Source of the DNA: an uncultured Alphaproteobacteria bacterium
GTDB taxonomy: Bacteria > Pseudomonadota > Alphaproteobacteria > RF32 > CAG-239
Reading direction: 5' to 3'
DNA: 64,000 nt
NCBI GenBank assembly: GCA_910577205.1
Contig: CAJTMA010000006.1
Location: 4,770 to 68,769 of the forward strand
Shown: positions 38,849 through 47,111 of the stretch, piece by piece
How the letters are laid out: each line of letters starts with the position of its first letter
How positions within the stretch are numbered: position 1 is the first letter of the stretch
Program-made: the position numbers and the translations under genes
The notes under the pieces: generated by a model
Told to the model about the DNA's origin: nothing
What the model saw: the letters and a program-made list of their open reading frames with translations, nothing else
Databases searched by the model: none

Positions 38849-39252
38849 CTTCCGATAAACATGATGGAAGCAATCAGCATACCCGAATTACTGCTTTCTT
38901 CATAAACTTGCCCTCTAAAATCAACTTTGTCCCGCGGTATAGATTTTAGAAATAAAAATATAGAAAAAACAATAGGTATGACCATCCAATGTTTGATATC
39001 ATCATATGAGCTACTCATTTTTTGCTTTTCGGCGGTTAATTCATTTTTCCGATTGGAAATCGTTTGAGTAATCGCCGATAACTTTTTTCTTTGCTCGTGA
39101 TAACCGTGCTTGCTTATTTCTTTATCGTAAAATTGCTTTTCGATAACCCGTTTATCGATGTTAGATAAATATCCTGTAGCGTTTTGCGCATACAACAAAC
39201 AAAATATCGGCATAAGTGCCGACAAAACTGCAATAATAATTTTCTTTTTCAT
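38722..39252 (-). CDS. hypothetical secreted or membrane protein (signal peptide plus two TM helices)
   Basis: MKKKIIIAVLSALMPIFCLLYAQN is a signal peptide. Hydrophobic segments follow (WMVIPIVFSIFLFL, MLIASIMFIGSCCVGSYCFY) and the tail is basic. Confidence 0.45.
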   Translation of the reverse strand: MKKKIIIAVLSALMPIFCLLYAQNATGYLSNIDKRVIEKQFYDKEISKHGYHEQRKKLSAITQTISNRKNELTAEKQKMSSSYDDIKHWMVIPIVFSIFLFLKSIPRDKVDFRGQVYEESSNSGMLIASIMFIGSCCVGSYCFYMGKPPEISFKNIKQKTLSLILKSPHCKRNKRK

Positions 39253-39423
39253 AATGTTTTATTTTAATTGTTAATATTTTTTAAAACAAAAAACATTTTT
39301 GAAACCAAGATTGATTACTCAATAATTGACTACAATAATGCTTTTTAATGAGTAAAGAATATCACATCCCCCTATTTTTGCAAGCACAAAAATTGACAAA
39401 AAAGGAGAGATAAGGAGTTTTGC

Positions 39424-40026
39424 GGCGGAGGGAGAGGCGCTTTATGGCGAGGGGTGAGCCGAGTTGCAAAGCAAGTTTGGCAAGCCGGTTGGCGGCGGTC
39501 ATCGGCGAAGCGAGAGGCGTTTTGAGGCGGAGGTTGAGCCGAGTTGCAAAGCAAGTTTGGCAAGCCTGCCGGTGGCGGTCATCGGCGGAGGGAGAGGCGC
39601 TTTGAGGCGGAGGTTGAGCCGCGTTGCGAAGCAAGTCCGACAAGCTGGTTGGCGGCAGTCATCGGCGGAGGGAGAGGCGTTTTATGGCGTGGGGTGAGCC
39701 GCGTTGCGAAGCTAGTCCGGCAAGCCGGTTGGCGGAGGTCATCGGTAGAGGATGTGCCGCAAAGCGCCACAGGTTGGGCTGAGTTGCGAAGCTAGTCCGG
39801 CAAGCCGGTTGGCGGAGGTCATCGGTAGAGGATGTGCCGCAAAGCGCCACAGGTTGAGCTGAGTTGCGAAGCAAGTCCGGCAAGCCGGTTGGCGGCGGTC
39901 ATCGGCGGAGGATGAGGAGCTTTGTGACGTGGGTTGAGCCGTGTTGTGAAGCAAGTCTGACGAAGCCGGTTGGCGGAGGTCATCGGCGGAGGATGAGGCG
40001 CTTTGTGGTGTGAGTTGAGCCATTAA
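39424..40026. repeat. tandem array of about 7.5 copies of an 80-bp repeat, not a CRISPR array
   Basis: Full units start at 39456, 39536, 39616, 39696, 39776, 39856 and 39936. A representative unit is GAGCCGAGTTGCAAAGCAAGTTTGGCAAGCCGGTTGGCGGCGGTCATCGGCGGAGGGAGAGGCGCTTTGAGGCGGAGGTT. Copies are about 85-97% identical and there are no unique spacers. Each unit contains the small palindromes TTGCaaaGCAA and GCCGgttggCGGC. Confidence 0.85.
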
Positions 40027-40032
40027 CAAAAG

Positions 40033-40063
40033 GTGCGGACGCTATCGCTATCCGCACCTTCAA
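40033..40063 (-). terminator. hairpin downstream of the autotransporter stop, a weak terminator
   Basis: AAGGTGCGGA-cgctatcgcta-TCCGCACCTT has a 10-bp stem. On the minus strand the hairpin is followed only by the short T-containing tract TTGTT. Confidence 0.35.
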
Positions 40064-40089
40064 TATCTGCCCTTTTCAGTCTAAACGCA

Positions 40090-43000
40090 CTACCAGTTAT
40101 AACTTGTACCCAAGCCTAAGGATGATGCCCGGTAATGACTGCCGAAGGTATGGTTGGCCCAGCCGTATGCTGAGAAGTAATCAGAGAAACCATAGCGGCC
40201 GCCTACTTCTAAACGTCCCAATGTTTGATTTTTCAGCACGTCCATTTTTCGCAAGCCAGTCACTTTTACCTCATCGCCATCATTAAATGTTTGAACCAAA
40301 ATTGGTTTGACATAAACATTGCCGTAGCCGTCATCGACTTCAAATGTCTTGGTCAATCTGGTACCAAATTCTGCTTCCATTTGTCTTAATGGGGTATACT
40401 GAGCTGTTTTGCCAGCGCTATCACTTGCATTATCATACTTGACCTGTGTATAAAAGAGGCCGACTTCCGGTGTGAAATAGAGCGATTTGTTCAGCGCATA
40501 ATCATAACCAAACGCGACACTACCACCAAACTCTGTTCCGTCAGTATTTGAGGTTATACCGTCTTTCGTTTTGATATCAACCTGCTGTATCCCGCCAAAC
40601 AAAGTCGCAAAAGCCCACCAATTTCTTTGATCGTAACGGTAATACAATCCGGCCAAATAGCTATCGATGTCAATTTCCGATTCTGTTACTGAGTAATAAT
40701 AACGGCCATAGCCATTCATGTCATAATTACCCTTACGATAAGAGAAGAACAATCCCAGTTTGTTATACAAGTCGTGTTGCAGCGTACCGCCGGCTTCCAA
40801 GCCCCAAACGTCAGATTCAACACCGACAGTTTCTTTATTCGTTGAAGAATAATAAACAGCGTTCGCCCACAGCGTATCAAACGGTTTACCATCCCAATAA
40901 AAATCATAGAAACCGCAAGACGGGCAATAAAGTCTGTTTCCCTGAACCTGACGGTCAATATTGCCAATCATTCCTCTGGTCTGCTCCAGTGCGGCTACAG
41001 GTAAAGCCTGATAAGCAATGACTTCAGGCACAACCTTACGCCCACGGCTAAATACCGGAGAAGAGATATTCGGAATATTGGGCACATCCGGGATATTCGG
41101 AACATCCGGAACGCCGGGAAGATCCGGCTGGGCATTCTTATCAGGATTGTCACTGTCGTTCATAACCAAATCCCATTGATTGGCATTATTTCCAAGGGAA
41201 GCGTATTTGACATCATACAAATAAGGGCTTCTGTAAACGCGCGAAACCACAAATGATCCCTCGTTACCGGTCGTATCATTTTCTGACTGTGCAAACAAGA
41301 TACTTCCCTTGCCGCGAATATCCGTGTCGGAAGAAGCATGAACAATCACTTTAGTCACACCTTCAACATTACCGGCGATATGCAACTCGTCCGCCGTCAT
41401 ATTATCCGGGTCAACATTAATATGCAGAAAACTGTCTGTCGCCGAATATCCTTTGAGGTTGACAATATCCCGATAATTGTTGGCCAAGCTAAAGACCGCA
41501 TTGTTCAATGTCAAAGTGGTTGCAGCGTCATCACGGTTGACAGAGCCATCCGTGTTCAACGCGGCAGCAAACGCACCTTTGCTATCCCAATTGCGGGCGC
41601 TTTGATCTTCGTGCTGATAGTCGCCGAAAACAAGAGATGTTCCGCTGACGGTTACACTTTCGGCATTGATAATATCGTTGTTCATTGCAATATATTGGGA
41701 AGTTGTTCCCTTAACGGCATCAACGACATCGTCTCCCGTAAAGTTGTATATTCCATTTCTCAAGTTATCATTAATAACCCAGCTGCCGCCGCCGGAAGTA
41801 TCAAAAGTAAATTCAGAAGTTGTATTTCCGAGCACAGCATTATAAATTTTGCCATAACTGCCGTTTTCCGTATAGTTGCCGGACATGAAATATGTATCAG
41901 CTCCGGAAGCGAATGTCATATTGCCAAGCGTATATACCGCGCCGCCCGATTTGGCATGATTGTTAAGGAAATTGCCGCTGATTTTGCCAAATACAGCTCC
42001 GGTATTGCCATAGATAGCGCCACCGTATTCGACAGCCGAGTTCCCGATAAAATCACCGCTGATAGTCCCAATGGTTTTATTCAAATCATTATAAATAGCG
42101 CCGCCGCGTTTTTCCGCTGAATTGGCGATGAAATCTCCGGAGATGTTTTTGATTTCCTTAGCGTTTTTGATAGCGCCGCCATGCCCCAATGTGGCATTGC
42201 CGATGAAGTTTCCGTTAATTTCATTAATGGTTCCCATACCGCCATTGTTAATAGCACCGCCGCCATAATCACTGACATTGCTGTTTGCCTTGTTAGCAAT
42301 AAAATCACCGGTAATTTTGTTAATTGTTCCTTCGTTTTCTATTGCCCCTGCTTTAATCCCTGCTGTATTGCCAATGAAATCTCCGGTAATATCGCCGATT
42401 TGCCCGTAATGGTAATTGTAAACAGCACCACCGATTGCAGCGGCCGAATTAGCGATAAAATTGCCGGTAATATCTTCAATAACCCGACTAGTGCTATTAT
42501 AAATAGCGCCGCCGGAGCCGTTTGTACCATCAACATGATTGCCGACGAAATCACCGGTTAGATTGCCCATCGTGCTGTTATTGCTAATAGCACCGCCGTT
42601 AGTTATTGCGGCATTGGCAATAAAGTTGCCGGTAACATCTCCGGTTGTTCCCTCATTGTAAATCGCACCGCCTGAGCCGCCTCCCGGAGCCTGCCCTGCT
42701 ATATTGCCAATAAAGTCACCGTTAATATTGCCAATTTGCGCGTTTTTATAGTTATAAATAGCGCCGCCGTTTCCTTTTTGGTCGCTTCGCGCCAGCCCTG
42801 TATAGTTGCCAACAAAGTCACTGTTTATTTCACCTATTGTTCCGGAGTTGTAAATAGCGCCGGCACCACTTGGAGCATAGTTGTGTACGAAACTCCCCTT
42901 AATACTGTCAATTGTTCCGCTGTTATTGATACCGCCGCCTTTTGAAGCACTTCTTTCGATATTTACAAAATCGGCATCAACATCACCGGTTAAACCTGTT

Positions 43001-43446
43001 TGAGCAGATGTGTATTTTGTGCGACCGGGAATATCCGTATATGTATATTTGAAATACTGCGTGTCACCATTAGGAAGTTGGAGTTTAACGACATCATCCC
43101 CTTCGGCAGAAACTTTTTCCCATGAAATATTTTCCGCCGATGAAAATTTATCCTGAAGCATGACTATTTTATAATATTTATTGCTTAAGTTACCCTTATC
43201 GTCTGCTTCCTGAATAATAAAATCATAATCGCTGTCAGAACCTTCCTGATATGTAAAGGCACTGGACGGGAGTGTCGTTAAGTCAAACAAAGCGTTCGGG
43301 GTTTCCGTCAATGCTCCGGCAGGCGCAACACCGTTTGCTTCTGCGCTTGATTTATTTAATGTTGGTTCTAAAGACCATGCTGAAGACGACACGCCCCCTA
43401 AAGCGGCGGCCATTAACATTATTGTCCAAGTAGTTTGTTTAGTCAT
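40090..43446 (-). CDS. autotransporter outer-membrane protein with a Pmp-like GGAI/FxxN repeat passenger
   Basis: The signal peptide is MTKQTTWTIMLMAAALGGVSSSAWS. There are more than 20 degenerate repeats of the form G(D/N)FIGN...GGAIYN. A C-terminal beta-barrel region of about 280 aa ends in ...GTSYNW, an aromatic terminus. Confidence 0.85.
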   Translation of the reverse strand: MTKQTTWTIMLMAAALGGVSSSAWSLEPTLNKSSAEANGVAPAGALTETPNALFDLTTLPSSAFTYQEGSDSDYDFIIQEADDKGNLSNKYYKIVMLQDKFSSAENISWEKVSAEGDDVVKLQLPNGDTQYFKYTYTDIPGRTKYTSAQTGLTGDVDADFVNIERSASKGGGINNSGTIDSIKGSFVHNYAPSGAGAIYNSGTIGEINSDFVGNYTGLARSDQKGNGGAIYNYKNAQIGNINGDFIGNIAGQAPGGGSGGAIYNEGTTGDVTGNFIANAAITNGGAISNNSTMGNLTGDFVGNHVDGTNGSGGAIYNSTSRVIEDITGNFIANSAAAIGGAVYNYHYGQIGDITGDFIGNTAGIKAGAIENEGTINKITGDFIANKANSNVSDYGGGAINNGGMGTINEINGNFIGNATLGHGGAIKNAKEIKNISGDFIANSAEKRGGAIYNDLNKTIGTISGDFIGNSAVEYGGAIYGNTGAVFGKISGNFLNNHAKSGGAVYTLGNMTFASGADTYFMSGNYTENGSYGKIYNAVLGNTTSEFTFDTSGGGSWVINDNLRNGIYNFTGDDVVDAVKGTTSQYIAMNNDIINAESVTVSGTSLVFGDYQHEDQSARNWDSKGAFAAALNTDGSVNRDDAATTLTLNNAVFSLANNYRDIVNLKGYSATDSFLHINVDPDNMTADELHIAGNVEGVTKVIVHASSDTDIRGKGSILFAQSENDTTGNEGSFVVSRVYRSPYLYDVKYASLGNNANQWDLVMNDSDNPDKNAQPDLPGVPDVPNIPDVPNIPNISSPVFSRGRKVVPEVIAYQALPVAALEQTRGMIGNIDRQVQGNRLYCPSCGFYDFYWDGKPFDTLWANAVYYSSTNKETVGVESDVWGLEAGGTLQHDLYNKLGLFFSYRKGNYDMNGYGRYYYSVTESEIDIDSYLAGLYYRYDQRNWWAFATLFGGIQQVDIKTKDGITSNTDGTEFGGSVAFGYDYALNKSLYFTPEVGLFYTQVKYDNASDSAGKTAQYTPLRQMEAEFGTRLTKTFEVDDGYGNVYVKPILVQTFNDGDEVKVTGLRKMDVLKNQTLGRLEVGGRYGFSDYFSAYGWANHTFGSHYRASSLGLGTSYNW

Positions 43447-43610
43447 TTTCTTGCCAAAAAATTAGTATATGTATCTTAAAATACATTAAATGTATAATGA
43501 ACGGGTTAAAAAATTACTAAAACACTTATGAGAGGGATTTTAATCAATGTTCCAAGCTTTGAATAAAACAAAAACACCGCAATTCAAATGAACTGCGGTG
43601 TTTTTGTTAG

Positions 43611-44234
43611 TTATGCAAACTCATTGTAAAGAAAATACATAGCCGCATACTCTTTTGTTTGTTCTTTGCCCTTTTCAGAAATTTGGGTACGGATATCTGC
43701 CAAGGCCATTAACGCAGAAATCCTTTTACCTTTCAAATCCGGCAAAGTTTCTCCAAAAGTTTTGGTCTGAAGTTTTTGCCACCAGGGTTGTTTTTGATCC
43801 TCGACGTTAAACTCCACAACAAAGCGGCGGCTGTATGAAACTTCCTCCTCTCCATTCGAGGTACGATACAGCTCAACATCATAGTTTCCGTCAGGAACAC
43901 TTGTGAATTCCAAACACCCTTTGGGAATAAGGTAAATCTCGCCGGAGAATGGAATGTACACGCCATCAAAATCAGACGTACTGCATTGGTTCAGGCAGCA
44001 TAGTACCATAATGGTATGTTCCCTGAAGAAACCATAGTCATAGCCAAGCTTCTTGCAGGCCGAATAATATTTTTCGGACACCCGGGCACAAACTAACTCG
44101 GTTTGCGCAACGCTGAACGGGGTGAATGAGAACGCAGCCGATACCATATCCTTTACTTCTTCGGCGCCAAACTTCTGGGATGCTTTCAAGATGCTGTCAT
44201 CACATGACATCTTCGCAATAATTATTGTATTCAT
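43611..44234 (-). CDS. hypothetical protein
   Basis: 207-aa ORF in an AT-rich patch. It has several Cys and no recognisable motif. Confidence 0.4.
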   Translation of the reverse strand: MNTIIIAKMSCDDSILKASQKFGAEEVKDMVSAAFSFTPFSVAQTELVCARVSEKYYSACKKLGYDYGFFREHTIMVLCCLNQCSTSDFDGVYIPFSGEIYLIPKGCLEFTSVPDGNYDVELYRTSNGEEEVSYSRRFVVEFNVEDQKQPWWQKLQTKTFGETLPDLKGKRISALMALADIRTQISEKGKEQTKEYAAMYFLYNEFA

Positions 44235-44444
44235 ACTTTTGTGAAATAATTAAATTAAAAATATCAAATCGGAAATCTTATAGACAATTTCGAAAACTTT
44301 GTCAATATACTTTTTAAGGGAAACAAATTTTAATAAAACTATTGAAATGCATAAGAAAACATTATATGTTATTGCTAATTATTTATTATTTTGTTTTCGT
44401 TTCTGTTCAGGAAACTATGTTAAATCTTAAAAATATGTATTATT

Positions 44445-44678
44445 ATGGACACAAAAAAAGTTTTAGTTCTTGAATGCGTTGCTGCCAAACTTCAAATCAG
44501 CCCTCAAGAACTTGCTCAATGGCTTGAGAATCGCAAACAGGCTCAACAGCTCGCAGCGAAAGCATCGTTTGAGGATAAACTTCAAGGATTTGTTATCTTG
44601 ACAGAAGCTGTTACAGACCTTGCTGAAGATATCAAAAAGAAAGCGGCCTCCGACGCGCAATCATGGAGCGGACATTAA
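44445..44678 (+). CDS. hypothetical small helical protein
   Basis: 77 aa. It is followed by a clean intrinsic terminator. Confidence 0.4.
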   Translation: MDTKKVLVLECVAAKLQISPQELAQWLENRKQAQQLAAKASFEDKLQGFVILTEAVTDLAEDIKKKAASDAQSWSGH

Positions 44679-44692
44679 GCTGCTTCCCCATT

Positions 44693-44725
44693 CAAAAAAA
44701 CTCCCTATATCAGGGAGTTTTTTGG
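44693..44725 (+). terminator. intrinsic terminator
   Basis: AAAAAAACTCCCT-atatc-AGGGAGTTTTTTGG. Confidence 0.5.
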
Positions 44726-44803
44726 TTTAAACATAACTCAGCTTTGTGCCCGGACGAAGCGCGAACAGTCAATCCTTTTGCGCCAGCCAGGGAGATGTTT
44801 ATT

Positions 44804-45685
44804 TTACAATGCTTCAAGCATCTTTTTATAATAGTTTAAAACGGTTCGAATCTTGGGAATATCTTTAATCGTCCGGTGGGTAATCAAATAGATTGTTGCT
44901 TCGGCACTGCATGGGATATTATCCAAACACACCATTCCATGGCCGCCGCGGACAAAGTTCAGCGGCATGATGGCAATTCCTGACCCGCTGATAGCCAAGT
45001 CATTAACGACAAACGTACTGTTTGAAAAACAGATGCCTTTCTCGGCTTTTTGCTGCAATTTTTTAGCTTCCGGCGTTTGCCACCAGCCCTCATTTTTGAC
45101 AAGAAGCCGATGATTTTTTAACAAATCGTTCAAATCCTGCGGGTAAGAATGTTTAGCCAAATATTCTGAAGATGCAAAAAAGCCGAATTTTACTTTCCGG
45201 CTGTATACAACCACCAAATCTTCCCCTTTGGGAACAGTATAGCTCATGCAGATATCATAAGCCATTTTGTGCATATCCGGCGCTTTATCAAAAGTATCAA
45301 TAAATAAAGACAAATCAGGAGATTGCTCCAACAGTTCTTCTAGGCAGACATACATATTGCTGCGCGCGTCGCGCTCATATGCAATACGCACCTCCCCTTT
45401 AACATTGGTTTCAGAAGGAACAATGGCATAGGCTTGCTGCAAATGTTGTTTAAGGACATCGGCAATTGCAACCACCTTTTCGCCTTTCGGTGTCAGGGTA
45501 CAGCCCTTTTCATCCGAAGCGACGAGCTTAACGCCCAATTCACTTTCCAGATTGTTAACATACTTATTTAACGTATCAATTGAGGTATTCAAAAATTTGG
45601 CAGCATTCCGTTTGCCGGAACTCTTTTTAATCGCATGGAGCATCATAATACCCTCCATGTTCATTAAATCTTTTTTACTAAACAT
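44804..45685 (-). CDS. LysR-family transcriptional regulator
   Basis: The N-terminal HTH (AAKFLNTSIDTLNKYVNNLESELGVKLV) is followed by a LysR substrate-binding domain. Confidence 0.85.
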   Translation of the reverse strand: MFSKKDLMNMEGIMMLHAIKKSSGKRNAAKFLNTSIDTLNKYVNNLESELGVKLVASDEKGCTLTPKGEKVVAIADVLKQHLQQAYAIVPSETNVKGEVRIAYERDARSNMYVCLEELLEQSPDLSLFIDTFDKAPDMHKMAYDICMSYTVPKGEDLVVVYSRKVKFGFFASSEYLAKHSYPQDLNDLLKNHRLLVKNEGWWQTPEAKKLQQKAEKGICFSNSTFVVNDLAISGSGIAIMPLNFVRGGHGMVCLDNIPCSAEATIYLITHRTIKDIPKIRTVLNYYKKMLEAL

Positions 45686-45828
45686 TATGATAGTCCTTAA
45701 ATGTTAGCATAGTAGGCTAAAGTTAATGATAATGGCGGTATACACTACAATACTTTTAATTGCAAGTCTTTTTATTATATAAAAGTTAATATTTGCACAT
45801 ATTAATTGTACTTGCAATATCTGCAAAT

Positions 45829-45999
45829 TTATGCGTCTTCCTGAGATTCTTTTTTTAATTGCTCTCTGGCGGCCTGCTGTTGTTTGCGTTTTTGCAAATT
45901 CTTTTGCAGCGCTTTGGCCTCACGCTCAAAACGTTCTTTGCTGCGCGGCCCGTGCGCCGTGTTCTTTTTTTCTTTTTTTTCGGTCATCGTCTTATCCAT
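45829..45999 (-). CDS. small Lys/Arg-rich protein (56 aa), absent from the ORF track
   Basis: ATG at 45999. The protein is MDKTMTEKKEKKNTAHGPRSKERFEREAKALQKNLQKRKQQQAAREQLKKESQEDA. The listed + strand ORF 45831-46037 is its antisense. Confidence 0.35.
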   Translation of the reverse strand: MDKTMTEKKEKKNTAHGPRSKERFEREAKALQKNLQKRKQQQAAREQLKKESQEDA

Positions 46000-46121
46000 T
46001 ATGTTATTATAAGCTTATCTTAGAGCGGAGAAGTTAACAAATCATAACCTTAAAACCGTTTCGTCACTTTTAACTATCTTTTTAAGCCCAAATCTGTTAA
46101 ACTTCTTTTAGATACTTATGC

Positions 46122-46979
46122 TTGGAAGTTAAAAACATGACTGACAACGACGAGAAAAATAAAGAGAAAAAAGCTAAAAAACAAAAAAAGCAAACCAAGA
46201 AAGGCAAAGCATTAGCCCTGATTGCCGGCGGTAAGGCACTGCAAGTTGCCGGAAAAGCAATGAAAGCGACGGCTAAAGCCATGCAGCAGGCCGCCAAAGT
46301 CATGTTGAGAACGGCCAAAGCAATGGCAAGAACCGCAATTAAGATGGTTCAAGCTGCGGCGAGCACCGGGCCGGCTGCGGTTGTTTTAGTTCCTGCCGCC
46401 AGCGTAGCCGCCGCAGGTTTACTTGCAGGGTCTGCAGCATTAGGCGCGACAGGTATGGCTTTATCCGTCACCGCCAAAGTAACAGACAAAGTTGGCAGCC
46501 TGATGCAGAAAAGCGGTCAAAAAATGCAGGAAAAAGGCAATAAGATTCTTGCAAAGATTAAAGAACAAGGCATTGAGCAAACTCAGGAAGCTTCCAAAGA
46601 ACAAGAGAGCCAGACAATCCAGAATATTATGGAAAATGTGATGGAGCAGCAAACTAAGGGGCAAATGACGACTCAAGACAAAGACCAAATTGCCGCATTA
46701 TCGGGCAGACCAGCTCCCAACGGGAGAACAGCCTCCCCATCCCAAGCCAATAACAACCAGCCGGAACAAACCCCGCTTCAGCCAAGCGCGGCGGCAGAGA
46801 ATGCTCCGGCCTCACCACAGGCGGCCAGCGAAAAACAGGTTACCCCTAAGAAAAACAAGACCGGGCGCAAGATTTATGAACTTAGCGGCAGAAGAAGCTC
46901 TCGCAGGAAGACACCGGTTAAGCAAACAACCCTGAATCCGAATATGCTGACAGCAAACAGAGGCAGAAGCGCCAGCTAG
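46122..46979 (+). CDS. hypothetical low-complexity protein with AKAM-type amphipathic repeats, a hydrophobic core, and a Q/P-rich basic tail
   Basis: A K-rich N-terminus is followed by the repeats AGKAMKATAKAMQQAAKVMLRTAKAMARTAIKM. A hydrophobic stretch follows (AAVVLVPAASVAAAGLLAGSAALGATGMALSV). The tail is Q/P/S-rich. Confidence 0.5.
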   Translation: MEVKNMTDNDEKNKEKKAKKQKKQTKKGKALALIAGGKALQVAGKAMKATAKAMQQAAKVMLRTAKAMARTAIKMVQAAASTGPAAVVLVPAASVAAAGLLAGSAALGATGMALSVTAKVTDKVGSLMQKSGQKMQEKGNKILAKIKEQGIEQTQEASKEQESQTIQNIMENVMEQQTKGQMTTQDKDQIAALSGRPAPNGRTASPSQANNNQPEQTPLQPSAAAENAPASPQAASEKQVTPKKNKTGRKIYELSGRRSSRRKTPVKQTTLNPNMLTANRGRSAS

Positions 46980-47111
46980 CCGCTTTAAGTGTCACTCCCT
47001 CTAAAAAAATATTGAAGTCATTTTTTTTTAACTTATCCGTTTTAGAATAACGGTATAATCAATTATGCCCGTCAACAGGAAGAAACAGGCTAGAAGAAAA
47101 GGATAAGTTTC

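Noticed and set aside
39362-40029. A CRISPR array, or real genes within the 80-bp repeat region. The track lists overlapping ORFs 39362-39643, 39372-39563, 39464-39697, 39544-39795, 39659-39883 and 39739-40029.
   Set aside because: The units are 80 bp with no unique spacers, so this is a tandem repeat and not a repeat-spacer array. The listed ORFs translate the repeat in several frames on both strands and show periodic repeat-derived peptides.
45831-46037. The track's + strand ORF (68 aa).
   Set aside because: It is antisense to a better small ORF with an RBS-less but K/R-rich coherent sequence (45829-45999, minus strand). The + frame is Cys/Ala-rich with no RBS and reads through the LysR upstream region.
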